From contig JAIEMM010000002.1 of the NCBI GenBank assembly GCA_019752125.1, forward strand, positions 67,062-131,061: a stretch of 64,000 bases of DNA, written 5' to 3'. The translations under genes were made by a program, and so were the position numbers. Origin of the DNA: Patescibacteria group bacterium (lineage in GTDB: Bacteria; Patescibacteriota; Minisyncoccia; Phycocordibacterales; SBAW01). This document shows, piece after piece, positions 18,001 to 26,994 of the stretch. The notes below the pieces were generated by a model that was given only the letters and a program-made list of their open reading frames with translations, had not been told where the DNA came from and did not search any database. The first letter of the stretch is position 1. Every line of letters begins with the position of its first letter.

Positions 18001-21000
18001 TTATGCCGCCCCCGTGCCTCCACGTGTTGTGGTAAATCCGAGTTCGCTGTCTGTGAAGCTGCCGTTCCAGGTTTGTCGCACCTCCATGTATGCACGCATG
18101 TTGGACGCCTCACCACCACCTATCAGCAACTTATCGAGATCGGTCGAGCTGTTTGTGCTGAAGAAATTTCCAACAATACGATTTGTAACATTTCCTGCTG
18201 TGTATCCGCCGATACTGAGGCTGTTGGTCGTTGGCACCATGCCGATTCCTACAGTTCCTGCAAAGTACGCGTTGCCGGTTGTTGTTGCTCCACCAAATAT
18301 CGTGAGGCCAGTTGCCTGTCCGCCAGCGCCGATCGTTGATGATGCAAACGCAGTGAAGCCGCCTGCAAATGACGATGCGGTGGTTGAGGTTGCAGTAAAG
18401 TAGCCTGCGAGCGCATTAACACCGAGGTCAGATGAGCCATTCACTGAGAGGGCGCGCCATGGTGAGGTGGTGCCAACACCAACGTTACCTGCAGTGAAGA
18501 TGCTGCTGCCGGCGCCCTTCGGGGTGAAGTTAAGGTTGATATTGGTATCAGTTCCCTGTGCAGAGATAGTTGGGCCAGAAAGCGTCGCAGAGTTGGCTAT
18601 CTGCAGATAGTTCACCGCGCTTGCTGCCCCTGCCGTAATGACGAGAGCCGACTTCGCACTCGTATCCGAACCGTTGGAAACAAAGAAATTTAGGTTTCCG
18701 GGGGTGTTCGGATTGTTCGCCGAACCTGGGACAGAAGCCGTGATCTGCGCAGGGCTCGCAAGTCCTCCCGTATTTCGCACCTGGAAGTCGATCAGACCGA
18801 TCACATCGTTACCGGAAAGCGAGCTTGGAGAGGCGACGCTTCCTCCTTGTTTACTGAAGCGCAGTACGCCACTGTGAGTTGTCGCACCTCCGAACCTATC
18901 GGCCTCAATTACCGCATTCGTTCCACTCTCAGCCTGCATGACGATCTTATTCTCCTGCGAACCGGTGCCTTGGACGACGAGCGCTGTGTTCGTGTTGCTT
19001 ACTGTAGATGGCGCCGCGCCGATACCGAATCCGTTAGCAGTCGCCTGCGCCCGGAGCGTACCGCCGGCAGTGAAACCGAGCTGGTCCGCGCCGATGTTGT
19101 ACATGCCCGTATTCATGTCGCCCGTGAAGGTGAAGGCAGGCGCACCCGCGGTACCGGTGACGGAAGCCGCAAAATAGGTTGAGGTTGTAGTTGCGGACGA
19201 AGTAAGACCACCAGCAAAACTTGACGCCGTGCTTGATGTTGCAGTGAAGTAGCCAGCAATTGCTTGGTTACCGAGACTTGAGGTTCCTTCAACGGAGAGT
19301 TTGTAGAAAGGAGTTGTGGTACCAAGGCCGACGTTACCGTTATAGTCGATCCTCATCGCCTCAGCCGTGGTAGCGCCCGGGGAAGATGCGCTGCTTGTTT
19401 CAAATGCAAGGTACCCTCGGTATGAACCTGAATTACCTGACGTGATGCGTGCGCCGATGTTGTTGTTTGCTCCAGTTGCCTGTCTAAACGCCATGGACTG
19501 ATAAAAGCCAGTGCCCGCAGAGCTGCCCGAGAGAATAAAGTTATCCTGATTTCCACTGTTTACCGATGTACCAACCACCTCAAGTTTTGTCCCAGGAGTT
19601 GTTGTACCGATACCAACATTGCCGCCGTTAGTTATAGAAACACGATTCGCAATTGAACCTGCAGCACCAGTTGCAAACACAATGTCAGCACCGCCGCGTG
19701 GCTGAAGCACCAAATTACCAACGGTTTGGAACGGATAGGAAGCGCCAATATTGTCAGTGCGGTAAATAGCTGGGTACAACGAATTTTCTGGGTAGGTTGA
19801 TTCAAATCCGCGCAGCGTAAGAGGGCCCGCGACTGAAAGCTGTGTGGTCGAGGCAAAGCCGAGCGTCGTCAAACCCGTAACATTGAGCGTTGAACTGAGT
19901 ATTGTTGCGCCCGTAACAGCGAGCGTCCCTTGCGCGGTGATGTTTCCTGTCGTTGTTGCACCGCCGTTGATAGTAAGACCTGTTGTTTGAGTACCACCAC
20001 CGATCGTTGATGATGCGAGTGAAAGGAAGCCGCTGGTGAAGGTTGAGAGGCCACTGGTGGTAAATGTTCCAGTCGAAGTAATAACTCCTGTGTTGCTGAT
20101 GCTAAATAATGTACTTGTTGCCGTTGCGGTTGAAGAGCCGATTGCAAACAAGGTTGTGTTTGTGTCACCGTTGTTTGCATGGATTGCAAAACGAGCGAAT
20201 GGAGATGTCGAACCAACACCAAGCTGGCCGGCTGAGTATGTTTGGCCACTAAAGCTGCCGTTATTTGTTCCAAACAAAATATTTTGGATAGTAAGTTGCC
20301 CGTTCCCTGTTGATGACGGCAACATAACACCGTTACCGATAGAAACATTGCTGGTACCAGTAGTTATTTCATTGCTTTGCGCAGAGTATCGTGGACCTAT
20401 AACGACGTTGCCGCTACCTGTCGTAATTGCCGAACCAGTGTTATATCCTAATAATGTATTGTAACCCCCTGTCAAATAACTCGATGGACCACCCCCACCA
20501 GCCCCCATACCGACGAATGTAGATCCTGTCGTTGAGGCATACGCGCCAGCGCTCGCGCCAATAAAGGTATTTTGTACAAATGCTGTTGAAGAACCAATAA
20601 GCCCTGCGTTGTAGCCTAGGGCTGTATTACGAGCGAAGGCGCCAGCAAGGTCATTGAAGAGCGCTTGATATCCAACTGCTGTTTCGGCGCTGACAGAAAC
20701 ATTTGCTTGAGCATTCAAGCCGCCAGCGCGTGGGCCAACAAAGACACTCATGTTCGTCGTGCTTGCATACAACACAGTACTTCCGTCTATCTTGTAACCA
20801 CCGGTTGAAGCCGAAGTATTGAAGAAGCCTGATGTGTACACATTGCCCGCGACTGAAAGAGTCGATCCTGGGGTTGTGGTACCAATGCCAACGTTGCCGG
20901 TTGAGACCACAAGATTTCCAGACGTGCCAAGATTTCCAGGGCGCAACATAAGATCCGCGCGTGTATCGAAATAAGAATTTCCAGTTGATTCAGCTGTAAT

Positions 21001-24000
21001 TCTAAATTCATTCACTCCAGCAGTGCTTCCAAAGAAGCCCGCATAATTAGAGCTAGAATTAACGGTCAAGTGACCTGCGTTATCCATGGAAAGCAACGTT
21101 GTGGTTGCCGTTGCAGTTGAAGAGCCAATTGCAAACAAGGTTGTGTTTGTGTCACCGTTGTTTGCGTGGATTGCAAAACGAGCGAATGGAGATGTTGAAC
21201 CAACACCGACGTTGCCCTGGACAATCAAGCCGTTAGTTGGTGCCGTTGTTGCCCAATAACTACTACCGATAGTAGTACCTCCTGAAATCGCGAGCACGCT
21301 AAGTGGGCTACCGAGACCTGAAGCCGCGCCAATACCCACAGCGTTACCGTTTGGGTTAATAAAGAGTTGCGCGCCACCATTACCATAGGCACTCGTACCC
21401 TGAATAGCTCCGTAGCCTCCTATATAAGCACCGAGCGACACCCCTGCCGAGCTACCTATTGTTCCAATGTTGGTGCTTCCAAAGTAGTTGCTGCTTGAAA
21501 TGGTGCCACCGCCAACTACGGCGAGACCAGTCTGCGGCGTTGTAGTACCGATACCGACGTTTGAAGCAAAGTATGCACGGCCTGTTGTTGTTGCAGGGCC
21601 GTTAACTGTAAGGCCGAATGTACCATCACCGATAGTTGACGATGCAAACGCTGTGAAGCCGCCAGCAAAGCTTGAAGCTGTGGTTGATGTTGCAGTGAAG
21701 TAGCCAGCGATTGCCTGGTTACCAAGAGATGAAATTCCTTCAACTGAGAGTTTTGCCCATGGAGATGTTGTGCCAATGCCGACGTTGCCTGCATTTGTCA
21801 CCGCAAACAACGTGCTTGTTGCAGTTGCAGTTGAAGAGCCGATTGCAAACAACGTTGTGTTTGTGTCGCCGTTGTTTGCATGGACTGAAAGTTTTGCAAA
21901 TGGAGATGAAGTGCCAATACCTGTTGTGCCTGCGACGATAAGACCTGTTGATGGAGCCGCAACGAGCGGATACCCAACCGATGCATTAGTTCCAACGTTC
22001 AAGCCAGAAAGTGGAGTAGATCCCGAGCGGATAGAAACACCGTTCGCCCCCGCAGGCATGTACAGAAGACCGCTACCGTCGGTGTTGTGGAAGAAGACAT
22101 GCTGGCCGCTTACCTCAAAACCGTAGTTACCCAGCACTCCTGTTGTACCAATTGTAGTATTTCCATTTTGGAGTGTTCGGAACTGGCTACCAACAGCAAG
22201 CCCGCCGCTTATCGTTGTTGTTGCAGTCGAGACACCTGCATTGATATTGCCGGCATTGTCGACAAGGAAGAGTGTTGTTGAAGCGCTGTTTGAAAGTTCA
22301 AACGCACGGCTAGTAGCAGCGGAACCACCGCCCTGAACACTCAAGGCTGCATACCCCGTTGTAGTGCCAATAGCTACATACGTAGAACCTATTCCAAATG
22401 GGTTTATGGCAAACGGAACTGCGCCGTTGCCAGCTGTCGAGACCGACTCCATATACGGGGTGCTGGCTCCTGCTGAATTGAGCAGGCGTCCAAACCCAAG
22501 TGCGCCCGACGTACCAGTAAAGTCAAACTGAACGGCTGTTTGATTTACTCCTGTTGCAAAAATGCTGCTACTTACAACCAATTTTTTGGTTGGACTAGTT
22601 GAGCCGATGCCAACATTGCCAGCGAAGTACGCATTGCCAGTAGTTGTTGCGCCGCCGTTGATAGTGAGACCACCATTTTGGTTACCGTTACCAATAGTTG
22701 ATGATGCGAGTGAGAGGAAGCCATTTGTGAATGTTGAAAGGCCGGTAACGGTGAAGGTTGATGTTGCAACCAAATTTCCTGCAGTGAGCGTACCTGAAAC
22801 AAGCGCGTCGCCTTGAACTGAAAGTTTTGCGTATGGTGATGTGGTGCCGACACCAACACTACCGTTTGACGCGATAAAAAATGCGGTGCTCGTCCCAAGA
22901 CCGTTTGTTGAAGATGCAACCATAAAGAGCGGCGATGAGCCCACGCCATTTGCCACAACAGAGAACTTAGCCCATGGAGTAGTTGTGCCAATACCGATAT
23001 TGTTTTCGACGCCTAGATTGTTGAAATACAGTTTGTTGTTCCCATACCCAAATGTTTTATACCCATACGTCCCATCCCATCCGTTAGAGATCAATGCATT
23101 GCCACCTGCGTCTTTTACAAGTATGGCACTGCCATTGTTATCCATGAGTTGAATTGCGCTTGCAACCTGCACCAACCCGTTAGACGTCTTGAGAATTCTA
23201 AGCGAGTATGCGTCGGATGGTTTGTAAATATATCCAAATGAGATGTTGCCTGAAGAATCAACCTCTATGTCTCTTGTATTTCCATTCGACGATTCAACCA
23301 CAAACCGTGTTGTCGCATCGCTTACCACCGCAAACCCAGCAGATGGGCTCGATGTGCCAATTCCAACTCTCCCTGCAAAGTACGCATTACCCGTTGTTGT
23401 TGCGCCGCCGTTGATAGTGAGACCACCTGTTTGTGTGCCATTGCCGATGGTTGATGATGCGAGTGAGAGGAAGCCGTTTGTGAAGGTTGCAAGACCAGTT
23501 TGTGTAAGCGTACCCGTGTGTGTGGTGTTGCCTGAGACAGTGAGTCCTTGTGCAGTGAGTGTTCCAAACGCAGCAAGTTGTGCAAACAAGTTTGTTGATG
23601 ACGCTGTTGTTGCGAAGAATGCGCTTGAGGTTGCGTTTGCAAGGACTGTATTTCCGGAGACCGTGAGTGTTGAAGTTGCGGTGATTGCTCCACCGAAGAA
23701 TGCAGTGCCTGATGTGTATTGATTGCCTTGGACGGAAAGATTTGTTGATGGAGAGGTGGTGCCGATGCCAACGTTGCCATTTTGATCTATTCGCAAACGC
23801 TCAGTTTTAACCAGAGATGTGGATGGAGTTGTAAAGAAGGTCATGAACGTACCGTTGGACGCAGTGTTCCAGTTTTCAGATGCGTACATACCAATCGCCG
23901 CACGACTACCTGTTACAAAATTACTTCCGTCATACCCGCGAGCGCCGATGAAACCGATCTGATCATTCGCCAAAAGTGCCGTTGGCGCTACATTTGTTCC

Positions 24001-26598
24001 TCGAGCAGAGCGCAACATAAGAGAAGATCCGCCTGAACCTGAACCGTTGTAGTAACTATCAAAGTACGCAGTAGCATCCGAATTCATACTGGAAACAGTG
24101 AGTGGCACAAGCGGAGTTGATGTGCCGATGCCCACATACCCTGCATTTGTGACGATAAAGTCCGTTTTGGTTGAAGAACCAACTACAAACGATGGACCTG
24201 CAATGCCGTTTGGATTTACTGAAAGCTGACCCCATGGAGTTGTAGTTCCAACACCTACGTTGCCGGCCGTATCAATTGCTAGTTGAGTTGTTTGGCTTGA
24301 GCCAGTCTGGAAGTAGATTGGAAGATACGTGCCAGTGCCGCGACGATTTGCTGCAATCAAAACATTACTTGCAGTAATACCAAAGTTTGCAAAAGAGGCG
24401 TTAGTTGGGTCGGAATTGTTGTACGCATTAACTGCAGACGTAGGAGATGTTCCGTTTGGAAGGAACGAGAAATTTGTATTACCGTTTGTAACATTTGTTT
24501 GGAAGGCGACACGGTTTGCGATAGTGGCGTTGCTGTAGTCTCCCAAAATTCGAGCGCCTAGCGCACTGAGCACAAGGTTACCTGTTGTTGTTGCGCCACC
24601 ACTTACCGTAAGGCCGCCTGCCTGCGTACCATCACCAACTGTTGACGATGCCTGAGAAATGAATCCCTGTGTCAACGTGACACCAAGCGGACCAACCGCA
24701 AACATCGTGTCTCCTGTTGAAGAAGCAATTTGCAAAATGTCGCCTGTCTGGCCCGCAACACCTTGGAGTTTGAGAGTTGGAGTTGAAAGGGAGCCTGATT
24801 GGTTAGCGATGTAAAGTGCTTGGTTGATTTCAAAACGTTTTGGTGCCGTTTTCCAAGAAATGAGTGCGTTAGGAACTACGTTGCCGCGGAAGAAGATAAG
24901 GTCCATGTCTTCTGCGTCAGCCGAGACATTGTCGGAGTTGATGGTGAATGTTGCAGACGCAGTACCTGCGATGGTTGTTGATGCGGCAGAGATGTTGTTT
25001 GCAACGATGTTACCTACGTACACATTTTTCCAATAGAACGATGGAGAACCGAGGTCATACTGGATGTTTTGGTCCGGCGTGAGGTTTGATTTAATCGAAG
25101 AATTAATGATCAAGCTGTTGGATGAGCTGTTGCCGAGAGTCACTGTGTTGCCACCAACAAAAAGATCTCCGCCGAAGTATGCATTGTTCGCAACCTGTAG
25201 CGTGCCAGGCGCTGATGTTGCAATTCCGATACCAAGTCCTCCTACAAAGTAGGCGTTGCCTGTTGTTGTTGCGCCGCCGTTGATAGTGAGACCACCGTTT
25301 TGGTTACCGTTACCAACTGTTGACGATGCGAGTGAGAGGAAGCCGCCAAAGAAACTCGATACCCCTGAGAGGTTGATGGTTTGCGCATTGAGCGTTCCGA
25401 TTGTGCCAGTTTGTGCAAAAAGATTTGTGCTTGATGCTGTTGTCGCGAAGAAGTTTGTTGATGTTGCATTAGCGAGCGTCGTATCTCCAGTTACCGTAAG
25501 CGAACCTCCGTTGAGGAAAAAGTTTCCCGTCGTCGTTGCATTGCCGAGCACTGTAAGGTTCGAGAGCGTTGTTGTTCCTGCAGTGAGCGAATTTTGTATC
25601 GTGACATCACCGGCAAGATTTGATGTACCTGAAACAAAAAGGCGTCTAGTTTCTACGTACTGTGCATTGATGTCGTCAGCAGTAGTGGTGTTGCGAAGAC
25701 GAACATCCGAGAGATTATTTATGACCTGCGAAACAGCGAAGTTTTGGTGTGGACTTTCGTGGCCCGGATTCTGGAGGAAAGAAATCTGTACTGCGAGACG
25801 GTTGTAGAGATCCTCGAGGCGGCCGTTGAGTTCCTCCTGAGTGACACCGCCAACTGCAACACTGCGCTCCACAACACGCTCAACAACAGGATAGTTATTT
25901 ACGATCTGAGTTTTTGAAGTCGTACCAGATGCTGCGGATGCCGAAGTAGAATTCGTCCGCGGTGCCCCAGCACCGATCGGCGAATTCTGCGCAGGTTCGG
26001 TTGTAATTTTTTGTGTAGGCTGGATGACAACGTTTTGTGCAACTTGTGTCTTATCACCAAACAACGTTGCAAAAACATTCGAGAGAAAATTTGTTGCGCC
26101 CGCAAATGCGTTACCTGCGCCCGTTGGCAACACAACTGCTGGCGCCTGTGTGCCGAAGAATGGAGATTGTGCTTCAGAGATTGCAGCGTACTGATTTTGG
26201 TGCGGCACATTCATGCTGCTTGCAAACACAAGTGCGCCAACCAAAAGAACCGCACCAACCGCCATACCTATAGGGGCACCGACAGAAACTTTTTTTACAC
26301 GCAAAAAAATTTGCTCTATTAGAGTGCTGTTTTGAATTTGATATGAGGTCTTTTCGCTTCGGCGTTGCTCTGCAAGCTGGGCTGAGCGCTGCTCTTTAGC
26401 CAAGGTGCGAGCAGATTCAAACTCTTCGATGGAGGAAGGGACCACAAACCACTGGCCGCCAATCTGTTCACCAATGAGCTTTCCTTCACGGCAAAGCTTG
26501 GAGACATAGTCTGGAGCGCACTTCAAACGCGCAGCTACTTTGCGCGCCGAGAGCATCGGTTGACCATCGTTTGAAATTATTTTTTTCGAGGATGTCAT
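18001..26598 (-). CDS. Giant membrane-anchored repetitive surface protein (2865 aa). N-terminal excisionase-like HTH module, then one TM helix, then adhesin/fibre-like repeats
   Basis: N-terminus MLSARKVAARLKCAPDYVSKLCREGKLIGEQIGGQWFV is an HTH_17/excisionase-like motif. TM helix VGAPIGMAVGAVLLVGALVFA sits near residue 110. The remaining ~2700 aa are GNxGIGTTSP modules and Hep_Hag-like repeats. It ends with TAA at 18001-03, in-frame with the next ORF. Confidence 0.85.
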   Translation of the reverse strand: MTSSKKIISNDGQPMLSARKVAARLKCAPDYVSKLCREGKLIGEQIGGQWFVVPSSIEEFESARTLAKEQRSAQLAEQRRSEKTSYQIQNSTLIEQIFLRVKKVSVGAPIGMAVGAVLLVGALVFASSMNVPHQNQYAAISEAQSPFFGTQAPAVVLPTGAGNAFAGATNFLSNVFATLFGDKTQVAQNVVIQPTQKITTEPAQNSPIGAGAPRTNSTSASAASGTTSKTQIVNNYPVVERVVERSVAVGGVTQEELNGRLEDLYNRLAVQISFLQNPGHESPHQNFAVSQVINNLSDVRLRNTTTADDINAQYVETRRLFVSGTSNLAGDVTIQNSLTAGTTTLSNLTVLGNATTTGNFFLNGGSLTVTGDTTLANATSTNFFATTASSTNLFAQTGTIGTLNAQTINLSGVSSFFGGFLSLASSTVGNGNQNGGLTINGGATTTGNAYFVGGLGIGIATSAPGTLQVANNAYFGGDLFVGGNTVTLGNSSSNSLIINSSIKSNLTPDQNIQYDLGSPSFYWKNVYVGNIVANNISAASTTIAGTASATFTINSDNVSADAEDMDLIFFRGNVVPNALISWKTAPKRFEINQALYIANQSGSLSTPTLKLQGVAGQTGDILQIASSTGDTMFAVGPLGVTLTQGFISQASSTVGDGTQAGGLTVSGGATTTGNLVLSALGARILGDYSNATIANRVAFQTNVTNGNTNFSFLPNGTSPTSAVNAYNNSDPTNASFANFGITASNVLIAANRRGTGTYLPIYFQTGSSQTTQLAIDTAGNVGVGTTTPWGQLSVNPNGIAGPSFVVGSSTKTDFIVTNAGYVGIGTSTPLVPLTVSSMNSDATAYFDSYYNGSGSGGSSLMLRSARGTNVAPTALLANDQIGFIGARGYDGSNFVTGSRAAIGMYASENWNTASNGTFMTFFTTPSTSLVKTERLRIDQNGNVGIGTTSPSTNLSVQGNQYTSGTAFFGGAITATSTLTVSGNTVLANATSSAFFATTASSTNLFAQLAAFGTLTAQGLTVSGNTTHTGTLTQTGLATFTNGFLSLASSTIGNGTQTGGLTINGGATTTGNAYFAGRVGIGTSSPSAGFAVVSDATTRFVVESSNGNTRDIEVDSSGNISFGYIYKPSDAYSLRILKTSNGLVQVASAIQLMDNNGSAILVKDAGGNALISNGWDGTYGYKTFGYGNNKLYFNNLGVENNIGIGTTTPWAKFSVVANGVGSSPLFMVASSTNGLGTSTAFFIASNGSVGVGTTSPYAKLSVQGDALVSGTLTAGNLVATSTFTVTGLSTFTNGFLSLASSTIGNGNQNGGLTINGGATTTGNAYFAGNVGIGSTSPTKKLVVSSSIFATGVNQTAVQFDFTGTSGALGFGRLLNSAGASTPYMESVSTAGNGAVPFAINPFGIGSTYVAIGTTTGYAALSVQGGGSAATSRAFELSNSASTTLFLVDNAGNINAGVSTATTTISGGLAVGSQFRTLQNGNTTIGTTGVLGNYGFEVSGQHVFFHNTDGSGLLYMPAGANGVSIRSGSTPLSGLNVGTNASVGYPLVAAPSTGLIVAGTTGIGTSSPFAKLSVHANNGDTNTTLFAIGSSTATATSTLFAVTNAGNVGIGTTSPWAKLSVEGISSLGNQAIAGYFTATSTTASSFAGGFTAFASSTIGDGTFGLTVNGPATTTGRAYFASNVGIGTTTPQTGLAVVGGGTISSSNYFGSTNIGTIGSSAGVSLGAYIGGYGAIQGTSAYGNGGAQLFINPNGNAVGIGAASGLGSPLSVLAISGGTTIGSSYWATTAPTNGLIVQGNVGVGSTSPFARFAIHANNGDTNTTLFAIGSSTATATTTLLSMDNAGHLTVNSSSNYAGFFGSTAGVNEFRITAESTGNSYFDTRADLMLRPGNLGTSGNLVVSTGNVGIGTTTPGSTLSVAGNVYTSGFFNTSASTGGYKIDGSTVLYASTTNMSVFVGPRAGGLNAQANVSVSAETAVGYQALFNDLAGAFARNTALGYNAGLIGSSTAFVQNTFIGASAGAYASTTGSTFVGMGAGGGGPSSYLTGGYNTLLGYNTGSAITTGSGNVVIGPRYSAQSNEITTGTSNVSIGNGVMLPSSTGNGQLTIQNILFGTNNGSFSGQTYSAGQLGVGSTSPFARFAIHANNGDTNTTLFAIGSSTATATSTLFSISNTGVITSTGTFTTSGLSTFTSGFLSLASSTIGGGTQTTGLTINGGATTTGNITAQGTLAVTGATILSSTLNVTGLTTLGFASTTQLSVAGPLTLRGFESTYPENSLYPAIYRTDNIGASYPFQTVGNLVLQPRGGADIVFATGAAGSIANRVSITNGGNVGIGTTTPGTKLEVVGTSVNSGNQDNFILSGSSAGTGFYQSMAFRQATGANNNIGARITSGNSGSYRGYLAFETSSASSPGATTAEAMRIDYNGNVGLGTTTPFYKLSVEGTSSLGNQAIAGYFTATSSTASSFAGGLTSSATTTSTYFAASVTGTAGAPAFTFTGDMNTGMYNIGADQLGFTAGGTLRAQATANGFGIGAAPSTVSNTNTALVVQGTGSQENKIVMQAESGTNAVIEADRFGGATTHSGVLRFSKQGGSVASPSSLSGNDVIGLIDFQVRNTGGLASPAQITASVPGSANNPNTPGNLNFFVSNGSDTSAKSALVITAGAASAVNYLQIANSATLSGPTISAQGTDTNINLNFTPKGAGSSIFTAGNVGVGTTSPWRALSVNGSSDLGVNALAGYFTATSTTASSFAGGFTAFASSTIGAGGQATGLTIFGGATTTGNAYFAGTVGIGMVPTTNSLSIGGYTAGNVTNRIVGNFFSTNSSTDLDKLLIGGGEASNMRAYMEVRQTWNGSFTDSELGFTTTRGGTGAA

Positions 26599-26924
26599 GA
26601 AGTCCGATATTGCTTTTGTTTGTCCAGTGATTTCGGAGAAGGCACTACATATATTTTACGAGAAAAGTTGTTATTTCTTCAGGAAATTTTCATCAAAAAC
26701 TGTGGATAGAAAATAATTAAAAACTTCGTAAAAGCTTTTATAACAAAAGTTATTTTGGAAAACGTATTCAAGTACATCAACAAATTTTTATGCGCTGTTT
26801 TTAGTACAAAGTTTTTGAAAATTATTGCTAATTTTTGTTACTACTTTTTTTATTATGTTTTATAGATTTATCGTATTGCCTTACCGATATCTCGGCTAAA
26901 CGAGTTGATAAATATAAGAAAAAT

Positions 26925-26949
26925 GCCCTGATCGGGCTACCGTCAGGGC
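26925..26949 (-). terminator. Candidate intrinsic terminator downstream of the HTH-TM gene
   Basis: 7-bp stem GCCCTGA/TCAGGGC with an 11-nt loop. On the minus strand it is followed by ATTTTTCTT. Confidence 0.4.
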
Positions 26950-26994
26950 GATTTTCTATGAGATTTTTCTTAGTAAATTCTTACCAAAAAATTT

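Noticed and set aside
11451-26210. Dozens of 60-215-aa ORFs on both strands inside the giant genes, many Q/R/L-rich (for example 12174..12530, 17331..17972, 19869..20348, 23322..23780) or V/P/A-rich (for example 17672..18403, 25256..25807)
   Set aside because: These are off-frame and antisense translations of the highly repetitive G/T/S/A-coding DNA. They have low-complexity composition and no start context, and they are fully nested in a coherent 15-kb reading frame.
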